From: an uncultured Acidobacteriota bacterium
GTDB lineage: Bacteria; Acidobacteriota; Thermoanaerobaculia; Multivoradales; JAHEKO01
Direction of reading: 5' to 3'
DNA length: 64,000 nucleotides
Assembly: GCA_963719055.1 (NCBI GenBank)
Contig: CAVRAU010000008.1
Span: forward strand, 123,374 to 187,373
Shown: positions 24,319-34,815 of the stretch, piece after piece
Layout: every line of letters begins with the position of its first letter
Numbering within the stretch: the first letter of the stretch is position 1
The notes under the pieces: generated by a model
Databases searched by the model: none
Seen by the model: only the letters and a program-made list of their open reading frames with translations
Told to the model about the DNA's origin: nothing
Program-made: the position numbers and the translations under genes

Positions 24319-25114
24319 GCCCGGTCGCCAACCCGTTAGAGCATCGTCCGCCGGGGATTTTGCGATTCGGCTCGCAGATATCAGCGTCTGTTTCGAGATG
24401 CCCGCCGAGCGCATCCCCAGTTTCAAGGAGTACGTGCTGCGGCGATTGACAGGAAGAATCGAGCGTCGCCAACTGTGGGCTCTCCGTGACGTCGGCCTCG
24501 AGGTTCGCTCGGGCGAGGTGCTCGGGGTCGTCGGACGCAACGGGGCCGGCAAGAGCACGCTCCTGAAGGTCATCTCCCGAGTCTTGCATCCGAACCATGG
24601 GCACCTGGTGGTTCGAGGAACCGTGGCACCCCTTCTGGAGCTCGGCGCCGGCTTCCATTTCGATCTGACCGGCCGCGAGAACGTCTACCTCAACGCCGCC
24701 CTTCTGGGCCAGCCGATCCGAGAGGTCGAAGCACACTTCGAAGAAGTCGTCGAGTTCTCGGAGCTGCGTGAGTTCATCGACTTTCCCATTCGCAACTACT
24801 CCAGCGGCATGCTCACCCGACTCGGGTTCTCCGTGGCCACCATGATTCGCCCCGATATTCTGCTGATCGACGAGGTGCTCGCTGTCGGCGACGCCAGTTT
24901 TCAGGAGAAGTGTCTGCAAAGGATCTACGAGTTTCGTTCCCTGGGGACCACCATCATCCTCGTTTCTCATCAGACGAAGGAGGTCGAGCGCCATTGCGAT
25001 CAGGCGCTGTGGATCGATCAAGGAAGGGTGGCGGCGTTCGGTCGGACACAGGAGGTCATCGCCCACTATCGTCAGGCTCTCGAAGAGAGCGCCGACCACA
25101 GCCTCCAGGTCTGA
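24296..25114 (+). CDS. wzt: Polysaccharide ABC exporter ATPase without C-terminal CBM
   Basis: WALRDV, GRNGAGKST, YSSGM..RLGF, DEVLAVGD..FQ.KC; 272 aa. Confidence 0.92.
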   Translation: MFLSTLAEPGRQPVRASSAGDFAIRLADISVCFEMPAERIPSFKEYVLRRLTGRIERRQLWALRDVGLEVRSGEVLGVVGRNGAGKSTLLKVISRVLHPNHGHLVVRGTVAPLLELGAGFHFDLTGRENVYLNAALLGQPIREVEAHFEEVVEFSELREFIDFPIRNYSSGMLTRLGFSVATMIRPDILLIDEVLAVGDASFQEKCLQRIYEFRSLGTTIILVSHQTKEVERHCDQALWIDQGRVAAFGRTQEVIAHYRQALEESADHSLQV

Positions 25115-25175
25115 ATCATCTTTGGGCCAGTACAACCATGATCCGGCCGGGCCGACATTCCGCATCGCCAAATCC

Positions 25176-26141
25176 ATGACGACTCCCTCCCCTGTCACCG
25201 TTGTCATTCCGACAATCGGCAGCAGCCCGGTATTCGAGCGGTGCCTCGAGGCTTTGTCCTCTTCACGCAACGCCACCGCTCACATCGTCGTGGTGGCGGA
25301 TTCCCAGACGGATTCGACCACGATCCCTCGTCAGCTCTGCAATCGCCTCGTCATCGCTCCCGCTCACAGCGGATTCGCGGTTTCGTGCAATCTCGGTCTG
25401 GCTGAATGCGTCACTCCCTACGCCGCCATCGTCAACGACGATGCGGTGGTCGAGCCCGATTGGCTGTCAACCCTCGTGGCGGAGTTGGAGAAAGATCCCC
25501 AGGCCGCCGCCGCTCAAGGAATGAACCTGCGAATGAACGACCCGGGCGAGATCGACGGCTGTGGAATCGCCTGGAACCGCCGTTGGCAGCCGATCCAGCT
25601 CGACCACGGGTTCCACCGGCCTTCCGCAACCCAGATTCGTGAGATCTTCGGCGTCTCGGCAACCGCGGCGGTCTATCGATTCGAAGCCCTGACCCAGGCG
25701 GCAGTGAAGACGCAAAAGATCTTCGATCCCGAGCTCCACACCTATTACGACGACGTCGACTTGGCCAGCCGCCTCCAGGCCACCCGGCGCCGATCCATAT
25801 TTGTCCCACAGGCCAAGGCGTACCACGCCGGGGGAACCAGTACGGCAGACGCACTCGAATGGCGGCACCGCCAGCTCTACGGCAATCGCTTGTTGGTTCT
25901 CGCGCGCCTGCTGGGCCGTTCGTTTTGGATTCGACTGCCCATCATCTTGCGACCAGACATGGGGGATCTCTACCATGCCACTGCCCGACGGGATGGTGTC
26001 CGAGTCCGCGGAATCCTGAGAGGATGGCGGCGAGCCGCGACTCACCTACGACGGTTTGCACATGCTGGCCTACCCCTGGTGTCAATCGATGAGCTGCGGC
26101 ACTTCCGACAGGATCCAGAGAGAAAGCCCCAAGATTCGTGA
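25176..26141 (+). CDS. GT2 glycosyltransferase (rhamnosyltransferase-like)
   Basis: VVIPT, GFA..CN.G, VNDDA, YYDDVDL. Confidence 0.85.
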   Translation: MTTPSPVTVVIPTIGSSPVFERCLEALSSSRNATAHIVVVADSQTDSTTIPRQLCNRLVIAPAHSGFAVSCNLGLAECVTPYAAIVNDDAVVEPDWLSTLVAELEKDPQAAAAQGMNLRMNDPGEIDGCGIAWNRRWQPIQLDHGFHRPSATQIREIFGVSATAAVYRFEALTQAAVKTQKIFDPELHTYYDDVDLASRLQATRRRSIFVPQAKAYHAGGTSTADALEWRHRQLYGNRLLVLARLLGRSFWIRLPIILRPDMGDLYHATARRDGVRVRGILRGWRRAATHLRRFAHAGLPLVSIDELRHFRQDPERKPQDS

Positions 26142-27088
26142 CCACGAGCTACCATCCGAGACTGTGTGGCATCGTCGTGAATTGGTTTGACGAGGACCGC
26201 CTCGCCGATCTCGTGGAGGCGTGGCCGGCGGATGACGATCTCGAGCTCCTCATCGTGGATAACGGATCGACCCAGGACCTGCCGGCAAGAGGCCAGATAC
26301 TGGATGGAGGACGGAATCTCGGATTTGCGGGCGCGATCAACTTGGGTCTACGAAACACACAGGCGCCGCTGGTGTTGGTCATGAACTCCGACGTGTGTCC
26401 GCAGCCGGGAGCCCTGGGATCGTTGATCCAGGGATTCGAGCGCTGGCCCGATGCGGCGGCGCTGGCCCCTCGCCTGGTGAGCGCTGACGGGTCGAGCCAA
26501 TATCGGTGGCAGCTCCGCTCCCTGCCCTCCGTGTCTACTCTCTTGTTACAGGCCCTGCTCTTGCCAGCCACCGGTCAGAACCGGTCGGAGCTCGGCCCTG
26601 GCCAGCAGGTCGAACAGCCTGCCGCAGCAGCCTTGGTTCTGCGACGCCAGGTCTTGGCCGAGATGGGGGGGTTCGATGAGACGTTTTTCCCTGCCTGGTT
26701 CGAGGACGTGGATCTCGCCAAGAGGATGCAGGATAGCGAGCACCGCATTCGCTACTGCCCGGAAGCGGAGTTCACCCATCACCTGGGAAGCAGTATTCCT
26801 CGATTGGGCTACGGTAGGTTCCTGCGGATCTACTACTCCAATCTATGCCGATATCTCGGCAAGCACCACGGCGTGCGATGGGCCCGGATGGCGCGGTACC
26901 TGCTGATCCCGGCCTCTCTTTTGCGACTCGTGCTGCTGCCCATCCGGTGCCCCAAGAGAGCCGGCACACGCCGCGAAGCCGCACTCGGACTTTGGAGGCT
27001 GGCGGTGAATGCAGCCTCTGGGTGGCAAGAAACCTCCACAGATCTCTCCCCTGACGGATCCTCGTCAGATCAGGATGGCACCCCGTGA
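26138..27088 (+). CDS. GT2 glycosyltransferase (WbbL-like)
   Basis: IVDNGS, NLGFAGAIN.G, MNSD, GGFDE.F..WFEDVDL. Confidence 0.88.
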   Translation: MTTSYHPRLCGIVVNWFDEDRLADLVEAWPADDDLELLIVDNGSTQDLPARGQILDGGRNLGFAGAINLGLRNTQAPLVLVMNSDVCPQPGALGSLIQGFERWPDAAALAPRLVSADGSSQYRWQLRSLPSVSTLLLQALLLPATGQNRSELGPGQQVEQPAAAALVLRRQVLAEMGGFDETFFPAWFEDVDLAKRMQDSEHRIRYCPEAEFTHHLGSSIPRLGYGRFLRIYYSNLCRYLGKHHGVRWARMARYLLIPASLLRLVLLPIRCPKRAGTRREAALGLWRLAVNAASGWQETSTDLSPDGSSSDQDGTP

Positions 27089-28089
27089 CGACGGTGACGC
27101 GTCCTCTGGTCTCTATCTGCGTGGTCAGCCACAACTCGGCACGGGATCTCCCCGGTTGTCTCGCCTCGATCGATCGACTCGCCTACCGACCTCTCGAGAT
27201 TCTGCTGGTCGATTGTGCCAGTGCAGATCAGTCAGTCGATATCGCCAGGGAATCGATGCCCCAGGATCTGCCTCACCAGGTGATCGCCTTGCAGGAAAAC
27301 CTCGGTTTCGCCGGAGGTATGAATCGGGCCCTGCAAGATTCGAAGGGTACCTACATCCTCTCCTTGAATCCCGATGCCCGACCCGCACAGGATTTCGTCG
27401 ATCGGCTGGTGGAGCGTGGCTCGGGGGCAAGCCGACGAATCGGAGCGGTTACCGGACGACTGACCCGCTTCGAAACAGACAACGAGATTCCTGTTCTCGA
27501 TGCCTGCGGCATGGTCCTCACCCCGACCTGGAGACATCTGGACAGGGGTTCCGGTCAACCCGACCGCGGTCAATGGCTCGTCGCGGAGAGGGTCTTCGGG
27601 GGCACTGGCGCGGCAACACTCTTTTCTCGATTGGCGCTCCAAGACGTCGCCATCGACGGCCAGGCCTTCGATGCCGACTTTCATTCGTACCGTGAAGATG
27701 CCGAGCTCTGCTTCCGTCTCCGCGAACGCGGCTGGGAAATTCTCTACGAACCCGAAGCCAGGTGTGGCCATGGCCGGACAAACCTGCCAGCAAGACGCCG
27801 GGCGATGCCCGCCGAGGTCAACTTTCACTCCCTGAAGAACCGGTACCTGCTGCGGGCCTACCACCAGGACCTGCCGAATCTCCTCATCACCCTGGCGCCG
27901 TCCCTGTTCCGTGATCTGATGGCGCTGGGATATGTGCTCTCGCGAGAGCGCAGCTCTCTGGGAGCCTACTCCTGGCTCTGGAGGCGGCGACGGCAGATCA
28001 TCGCCCGGCGACGACGGATTCTCAGACGCCGATCGTGCTCCTGGTGGGAGCTCAATCAATGGTTCTGCCGCCGAGGCATGCCGTCTTGA
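27085..28089 (+). CDS. GT2 glycosyltransferase
   Basis: VD.AS.D, ENLGFAGG.N, LNPDA, FD..F.SY.ED. Confidence 0.88.
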   Translation: MTTVTRPLVSICVVSHNSARDLPGCLASIDRLAYRPLEILLVDCASADQSVDIARESMPQDLPHQVIALQENLGFAGGMNRALQDSKGTYILSLNPDARPAQDFVDRLVERGSGASRRIGAVTGRLTRFETDNEIPVLDACGMVLTPTWRHLDRGSGQPDRGQWLVAERVFGGTGAATLFSRLALQDVAIDGQAFDADFHSYREDAELCFRLRERGWEILYEPEARCGHGRTNLPARRRAMPAEVNFHSLKNRYLLRAYHQDLPNLLITLAPSLFRDLMALGYVLSRERSSLGAYSWLWRRRRQIIARRRRILRRRSCSWWELNQWFCRRGMPS

Positions 28090-29207
28090 AACGCCTGCGC
28101 ATCGCCCTGATCGGCAGCCGCGGAATCCCGGCCTGCTATGGGGGCTACGAGACCCTCATGGAAGAGCTGGCAACCAGACTGGTGGACCGTGGTCACCGGG
28201 TGACCGTCTATTGCCGCAGCCATTACACGCCCAAAGACCTTCGCGAATACCGCGGAGTCGAGCTGGTCGTGCTGCCAACGATCCGGACCAAGTATCTCGA
28301 TACCCCGGTGCACACCCTGGTGTCCTGTCTGCACGCCGCGCAACGTCCTTTCGACGTCGCCCTGGTCGTCAACGGCGCCAATGCCCCGTTTGTCCCTCTG
28401 TTGCGATCGGCCGAGATACGAGTGGCCTTGCACGTAGACGGGATCGAGCGTCGACGGGCCAAGTGGGGCCCTCTCGGCCGTAGCGTCTACGCCATTTCGG
28501 AGTGGCTGGCGACGTTGGTACCCAACGTACTGATCACGGATGCGCAGACCGTCAGAGATTACTATCTAGACAAATGGAACGCCGAATCCTCGGTCATCTT
28601 GTACGGAGTAGAGCCCCGGCACGAGCCCCCTGGCGAGCAAATGGCCAAGTTCGGACTCGAGCCCCGACGGTACTTCCTGTACGTCAGCCGCTTCGAGCCG
28701 GAGAACAACCCTCATCGGGTGGCCGCGGCCTACCGGCGGGTGCCAGGCGACATGCCACTCGTCATGGTGGGTGGGGCTCCCTACGCCGGGGCCTTCGTCC
28801 GCAGCTTCACCGAGAACGCCGATCCCCGAATCATCTTCACCGGCCCTGTCTACGGCCGCGGCTACCGCGAGCTGCTCTCGCACTCCCTGGCCTACATCCA
28901 TGCCACCGAGGTCGGCGGCACCCACCCGGCGCTGGTCGAAGCCATGGGCTATGGCAACCCTGTGATTGTCAACGATACGCCGGAGAACCGAGAGGTGGGA
29001 GGAGAGTGCGCGGTCTATTTTCAGGCCAGACGCCCGAATTCCCTCGCGGCGGTCTTGCAGAAGGTTGCTTCCGAACCGACAGAGTATCGAGCAGAATGGG
29101 GAGTGCAGTCTGAACAGCGGGCAGCCGAAAAGTACAGATGGAATATCGTAGTCGACGAGTATCTGAGGGTTCTCACGTCACCCTCACCGGACGAATTCGA
29201 GCGATGA
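28086..29207 (+). CDS. GT4 glycosyltransferase (DUF1972 N-terminus, rhamnosyltransferase-like)
   Basis: IG.RGIPA.YGG.ET, DGIE..R.KW, SRFEPENN, EVGGTHPALVEAMG. Confidence 0.9.
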   Translation: MKRLRIALIGSRGIPACYGGYETLMEELATRLVDRGHRVTVYCRSHYTPKDLREYRGVELVVLPTIRTKYLDTPVHTLVSCLHAAQRPFDVALVVNGANAPFVPLLRSAEIRVALHVDGIERRRAKWGPLGRSVYAISEWLATLVPNVLITDAQTVRDYYLDKWNAESSVILYGVEPRHEPPGEQMAKFGLEPRRYFLYVSRFEPENNPHRVAAAYRRVPGDMPLVMVGGAPYAGAFVRSFTENADPRIIFTGPVYGRGYRELLSHSLAYIHATEVGGTHPALVEAMGYGNPVIVNDTPENREVGGECAVYFQARRPNSLAAVLQKVASEPTEYRAEWGVQSEQRAAEKYRWNIVVDEYLRVLTSPSPDEFER

Positions 29208-31513
29208 CACCTACAAGAATGAAAGCTTGTCAGGGTGCCGTCTCGTGTCTTCTCGCGTTCGTGGTCGTGCCGCTCCTCTTGATGACGCCGAGCTGCAGAT
29301 CGGAAGTGCAGACCCGATCTCTCGGCACCGAGATCCTCGGCGACCGACAAGCGATGGCTCTCGACTACACCTTTCCGAGCTATCGCTTCGACGGTCGGGG
29401 CGGTTCCCTGCTTCCCACCGAAGGGTGGGCCCCTGCTGAAATGGGTAAGCAACCCAAAGACACTCCGTTTTTCGCCTGGGCACTGGACAGGGAGGCTTCT
29501 TTGGTCTTCTTGCGTCCACCTGGATCTGACCTTCACTTCTTTGCACGCGCCAAACCCCTTCATTGGCCGGGGGCACCCAGACAGGTGCTGGCCGTGATCC
29601 TGAACGGCCGGCAGATTGCCTCGATTCCCCTGGCGCCGGGGTGGAGCGACTATCGAACAGCCATACCCCCTGCGGCGTTGGTGGAAGGTCTGAACAGAAT
29701 CCAGCTGAAATTCGCCTTTGCGCAACGACCCAGCGAGATCAGCGACTCCAACGACGATCGCAACCTCAGCTGCGCGTTCTCGGACATCGCGGTGCTCCCC
29801 GCCCCAGCGAGCGACGCCTGGGCCCTGCTCGACATACCCCGCTTCGATCCGGTGCAGGGGATTGTCGAGATGCCGCTCTTCGGTGGTTTTTCGATTCCGT
29901 TACCTGCCAAAACCCAGGGTACCCTGAGGCTGGGAACGGTAGTGTCCAAGTGCTCCTCCTGTCTGTTGACCGTCGAAGTCTCGTCAGGGAGCACGATGCG
30001 TCGGCTCTGGTCAGGATCTGTAGCCGAGGCCAGTAATCTGGAGATCTCCCTCGCAGCACCAGGAGGAGCACTCGTGAGTTTCCTGGGAGTGCGCCTCGAG
30101 CCTCCCGGCGACGCCTTGGTGCCACCACAGACGAAGACCCTGATCCAGCTACCGCCAGGCTATCTGGAGATTGTTGAATCACCCCGGAACGCTCCCAGCA
30201 ACTCCCCACCCCCGATCTTTATCTATATGATCGATACCCTGCGGGCCGATGTCCTCGAGCCCTACGGGGCCGGTCAGCAGACCTCACCAAGAATCTCGGA
30301 TTTCTCCCAGCATGCCGTCACGTATCTCGACGCGTGGGCGCCGAGCTCATGGACTCTGCCCTCCGTGGCTTCCCTGTTTACCGGTCTCTTCCCGAGCCGT
30401 CACAACATGGGGCTGGCCGAACACAAGCTGCCCGGAGCCCAGGTCAGGACTCTGGCCCAGTTCCTGACTGCCGCGCAGTATCAGACTCTGGCAATCTCAC
30501 ATTCTCACGTTGCCAGCGCGGCCTTCGGGCTCGACTCGGGTTTTGACAAGTTCTTCCTGAGCAATCATCTCAACGGCTGGCAGCTGCGATCGCAAGAGAT
30601 CCGACGTTTTCTGTTGATGCTTCTGGCAACAGCTGACGACAGCAGACCTCTCTTTTCCTATCTTCACACTGTCGATCCTCATGCGCCCTACGCGCCGCGT
30701 GGCGACGACCGGCAGTTTGCTCGCCGCACGGACGGTCAGCTGCCGGAGAAGAAGTACAGACCGATGCCGTTCATCCTCGAGGGGCTGATCGACAACGATC
30801 GCGAGGTCGAGCATCTGCAGGCTCTCTATCTGGGAGAGGTGCTCTTCGCGGATCGCCAATTCGGACTCTTCCTGGATCTTCTCGACCAGCTGTCGCTCTT
30901 GGATGGCAGCTTGATCATCCTGCTGAGTGATCACGGGGAGGAGTTTGGCGAGCATGGTGGTTTCGATCACGGCCGCACGGTGTATGAGGAGATGTTGAGA
31001 GTGCCGCTGATGATCCAGTTCCCGAATCCGGAGTGGTCGGGAGAACGCATTCATCAGAGAGTCAGTCTGCTGGATGTCTTGCCCACTATCCTCCTCGAGG
31101 CAGATGTCTCGGACCCCGATATCGCCCTCGATGGCAGGGCACTGCGTCCCGATCTTCTGGCGGTGCAGGGACCGCGCCCGGTGATCGCGGAAACACACAC
31201 CAAGCCGAGCGCTCACCTCGGACCCGTCGACCTCCAGGCGCTGGCGATCGATACGATCAAGTGCATCCACAGCTCGAGTGGACTGGATCAGTTCTCTAAT
31301 CCCATGCCCGAGTGGCAATCCTTCGAGCTCGAGAGCGATCCGGGCGAATCTCGATCCTTGACCGCTGAAGATTCCACTCACCAACGCTGCCGCAGAGTCC
31401 TGGCGAACTGGCTCGAGGCACGCTCGGCCTGGGAAGGAATCACCGACGCTGACGCCGCCAGGGTCGACGATAAGGCCCTCGAGACATTGAGAGCTCTGGG
31501 ATACATCAATTGA
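29204..31513 (+). CDS. Sulfatase-like (alkaline phosphatase superfamily) hydrolase/transferase with N-terminal beta-sandwich region
   Basis: IDTLRAD, WTLPSVASLFTG, DPHAPY, SDHGEEF.EHG..HG, C-terminal LRALGYIN. Confidence 0.88.
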   Translation: MTPTRMKACQGAVSCLLAFVVVPLLLMTPSCRSEVQTRSLGTEILGDRQAMALDYTFPSYRFDGRGGSLLPTEGWAPAEMGKQPKDTPFFAWALDREASLVFLRPPGSDLHFFARAKPLHWPGAPRQVLAVILNGRQIASIPLAPGWSDYRTAIPPAALVEGLNRIQLKFAFAQRPSEISDSNDDRNLSCAFSDIAVLPAPASDAWALLDIPRFDPVQGIVEMPLFGGFSIPLPAKTQGTLRLGTVVSKCSSCLLTVEVSSGSTMRRLWSGSVAEASNLEISLAAPGGALVSFLGVRLEPPGDALVPPQTKTLIQLPPGYLEIVESPRNAPSNSPPPIFIYMIDTLRADVLEPYGAGQQTSPRISDFSQHAVTYLDAWAPSSWTLPSVASLFTGLFPSRHNMGLAEHKLPGAQVRTLAQFLTAAQYQTLAISHSHVASAAFGLDSGFDKFFLSNHLNGWQLRSQEIRRFLLMLLATADDSRPLFSYLHTVDPHAPYAPRGDDRQFARRTDGQLPEKKYRPMPFILEGLIDNDREVEHLQALYLGEVLFADRQFGLFLDLLDQLSLLDGSLIILLSDHGEEFGEHGGFDHGRTVYEEMLRVPLMIQFPNPEWSGERIHQRVSLLDVLPTILLEADVSDPDIALDGRALRPDLLAVQGPRPVIAETHTKPSAHLGPVDLQALAIDTIKCIHSSSGLDQFSNPMPEWQSFELESDPGESRSLTAEDSTHQRCRRVLANWLEARSAWEGITDADAARVDDKALETLRALGYIN

Positions 31514-33126
31514 GAGACCAGAATCAATGGAAAAGAGGCCCCGTGGCCTGGCTCCTGGCGACGATCGTTCTTCTCGCGGGCTGCGCCGATGATCTCGACG
31601 TTCGCGACCGCAACGTCATCTTTATCGTCGCGGATACGCTGCGAGGCGATGGACTGTCCATTCATGGCGGCTCCGCTCCGACGCCGAATCTCGACCATCT
31701 CGCCAGGTTGGGGGTCCGATTCGAGCAAGCCTACAGTCATGTTCCGGTGACCGGTCCCAGCCACGCCTCGATGTTCACCGGTCTTCTGCCCCACGAGCAC
31801 GGCGCTCTGATCAACACCGCCCCCTTGCCCGACAAGCTCACGACTCTAGCCGAGCTCCTGAAGGACCGCGGTTTTCGCACGGCTGCGGTCGTCAGCCTCG
31901 GCGTCCTGCAGACCAAGTACGGCTTCGCTCAGGGATTCGATGAGTTTGACGACCTCTTCGGCGACAACTACTTCAGACCCGGCGACGAGATCACCGAGGC
32001 CGCTCTCGACTGGCTGGAGGTCGCGCCCGAGAATCCTTTCTTCTTATGGCTCCACTACTCCGACCCTCATGAGCCCTACTCGCCCCCTACAGAGACGTTC
32101 CCCAAGGCGGAGGTATGGCTCAATTCGCATTACCTCCAGACGATTTCCACCAACGGGTACCGACAAATCATCGAGCTCGACCTCGAGAGCGGCGAGAATA
32201 CCCTCGTATTTTCATCTCCGAGGGGAGAAATCGAGGCAGAAGACAAACTGGAGTTTCGCCAGGTGCGGCTCTGGGGCCAAGAGGTCTCCATCAGGTCGCA
32301 GGGTGGCTGGCTGAATGATGCCAAACCGACGAGTGAACGGATGCTTCGTCTCGATGGTTCGAGCGCCCTCCCGGCCACACTCACCCTCACGAATCACAGC
32401 GCGCGACTGCAGAGGGCCAAGGTGACCCTCCTTTGCCATGAGAGGTACACCCAGGAAGGAGCTCGTAGACTCTACGATGAGGAGACAGTTTTCCTGGATG
32501 ACCAGATAGGCAGATTGACGGCCGAGCTGGAGAGAAAGAACATCCTACGCGACTCCATCCTCGTCTTCACATCGGATCATGGCGAAGGAATGGGAGAGCA
32601 TGATCTCATCGGCCACATCCACCAGGTCTACGATTCTCTCCTGCGGGTACCGCTGTTCATCGCGGCACCAGGTCAGCTGTCTGAGAACGTTGTCGTGGAT
32701 GTCCCGGTGCGTCACATCGACATTCTCCCGACATTGCTGGATCTGCTCCAGATCGAGCCGCCCAATGGCCTCTCGGGCTCGAGCCTGGTGCCGCTGATGT
32801 CTGGACAGAAGCCCCGAGTCTCTCGGCCCGTACTCTCGGGCACATACCGTCCGCTGGCGAAGTTCGACCAGCAATCTCTGGTCCGCTTCCCGTACAAGTA
32901 CATCCTCAATCTACAGACCTCGGATGAGGAACTGTACGACCTCAGTGCCGATCCTGGGGAGCTACGCAACCTGATCTTGGAGCAGCCCGAGATGGCTGCG
33001 GAGCTCAAACACGCTCTCGATCTGGCGAGCCAGAGCGGTATCGATACCGCCACGGCGACGGCCGAAGCCCCAGAGCTCACTCAGGAGGAACTCGACAAGC
33101 TGGAGGCACTGGGATATGTCAACTGA
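31510..33126 (+). CDS. Sulfatase-like lipoprotein with an inserted domain
   Basis: Lipobox LAGC, ADTLRGD, VTGPSHASMFTG, DPHEPY, SDHGEG.GEH, LEALGYVN. Confidence 0.88.
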   Translation: MRDQNQWKRGPVAWLLATIVLLAGCADDLDVRDRNVIFIVADTLRGDGLSIHGGSAPTPNLDHLARLGVRFEQAYSHVPVTGPSHASMFTGLLPHEHGALINTAPLPDKLTTLAELLKDRGFRTAAVVSLGVLQTKYGFAQGFDEFDDLFGDNYFRPGDEITEAALDWLEVAPENPFFLWLHYSDPHEPYSPPTETFPKAEVWLNSHYLQTISTNGYRQIIELDLESGENTLVFSSPRGEIEAEDKLEFRQVRLWGQEVSIRSQGGWLNDAKPTSERMLRLDGSSALPATLTLTNHSARLQRAKVTLLCHERYTQEGARRLYDEETVFLDDQIGRLTAELERKNILRDSILVFTSDHGEGMGEHDLIGHIHQVYDSLLRVPLFIAAPGQLSENVVVDVPVRHIDILPTLLDLLQIEPPNGLSGSSLVPLMSGQKPRVSRPVLSGTYRPLAKFDQQSLVRFPYKYILNLQTSDEELYDLSADPGELRNLILEQPEMAAELKHALDLASQSGIDTATATAEAPELTQEELDKLEALGYVN

Positions 33127-33162
33127 CAAGATCCATCTTGCGATGGGTTTATCCTTCGCCGA

Positions 33163-34731
33163 TCAAGCACCTGTCTCCAGCGTCAGTGACTTGACGGCTA
33201 TTCCCCGGCTGCGCTGACTGGAACTGGAACCTTCAGTAACCACGGGAGTTCGCAAGGACTCGAGCTCCAGGGTCAAGAGCAGCATCCCCCCACCCCCAAT
33301 CGACTGTGGATCTATGGGTACCTCGAGAAGGAACGGCTGCCATTCGGCTGGCAGCTGAGAAAGAGGGATCTCCCGAACCAGGTCACCGTTGGCCAGAATT
33401 CTCAGCTGGCGGGGGTCGTTGTCGGTGGTCAAGGCACGCATGATCTCCACCACCACCGAGATCTGCCCGCTGGAATCGAGCCCCGGAAACTCGAATCGTC
33501 GCTCTGGGCTCGACCATCCAACTAAAAGTCTCGCCATGGAGCCCCCAGCCCCTGTCCTGGCTGCGGTTCCAGTTCCCTTGCCGGCCCATTTCGACCCGCG
33601 AGGAAAAGGGCACGGCTGTTGTCCGCTGCTCCCAACCGTATATCCCCGCAAGATGGTCGTATAGGGCATCGGCAACCAGAGCATTCCCTTTGTTGTTGAA
33701 ATGCCCGTTGGGGGGTGGATAGTAGAAGTCTCCGACACCCCCGCTCGCCGATTGGCCAGCATGAACAAAGACCGCTTTGGTATCGATATAGAGGGCACCC
33801 ACCTCTTCGAAGGTCGATCGCAGAAAGGCCTCCCGCCACGAGGTCATCGAAAGGTGAGGTCTGCCAAAAAGCGGCAAAAATACGAGTTCGGTGTCTACAG
33901 CCGCGGATTCCCGCACCATACGCCGGATGAGTCGCTGAGCGATCTGCTCCTTTGGCTCTCTTTGGCACTCCGCCTCGGGCCCACCCCGTTGGCCCCGCAG
34001 GCGTTGTATCCGTTGACGGACCAGGGCCAGAGAGAAACTACGGACTCCATGTGGGTTCTGCTTCAGCCACTCTTCCGGCGTGGCCGTGATCGGGACTCCC
34101 TTGAGCACCACTGAGTCACTGCTCAGCTCGAAATAGGGTTTGGGACCCGCTCGAAAGGTCTCGACCACCCGATCGATATCGCCCAGGAAGATTCCGACGA
34201 TGGCGACGTCGGGTCTCTGATCGGCACTCGCGAGTACGTCTGACAGCCGCAGATAGATCTGGTCCAGGCCATATCCCACGGCCGAGTAGTCCACGAGACT
34301 CCCCCGGGAAGCAACCCTTCCAGCTGCGAGCTGATGCGTTCAGGGGAGACGGTTGGACTCACGCCAGCCACAAAGGAATCACCAAAGAGTGCGATCCTGG
34401 GCCTCTCGATAGAAGTCGATGGGTGACTGCTTTGCGGCAGGGCAGGCTCGTCTGCCTGTTCCTCGACCGGAATCCAGCCATACCGTGGATGCTGCAGATT
34501 CCTGCCACTCTTCAGCGCCCCCTGGGTTTTCCACAAATACCTCAGCTTGTGGTAATCCTCGTCGCAGTACGAGTCCACGTAGTTGGCAGGATTGTCGAGA
34601 TGAGCGATGCCCAAGGCAATGCAGCCACGCAGCAACAGCTCGGTCCCGATGCCAACAGCTATCAGCGCCAGCAGGACCCCCAGAACGGAGCGAAGGATTC
34701 GACGACTGCTGTTTCTCACCACTTCAAGCAC
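33163..34731 (-). CDS. Membrane-anchored SGNH/GDSL protein with C-terminal beta-sandwich (two frameshifts)
   Basis: TM helix, LFGDSF.AG, GYG.DQ, GH.N..G motifs over three consecutive frames. Confidence 0.72.
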
Positions 34732-34758
34732 AAGATTAAGGGAGTCTGAGGCGAATTC

Positions 34759-34790
34759 AAAAAGGCCGGTCGCACAGAATGCGACCGGCC
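34759..34790 (-). terminator. Rho-independent terminator of the secreted-protein gene
   Basis: Perfect 11-bp stem ggccggtcgca/tgcgaccggcc followed by TTTTT on the minus strand, about 25 nt after the stop. Confidence 0.85.
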
Positions 34791-34815
34791 AAGAATGTTT
34801 CGCCCGAGGGTTCGA

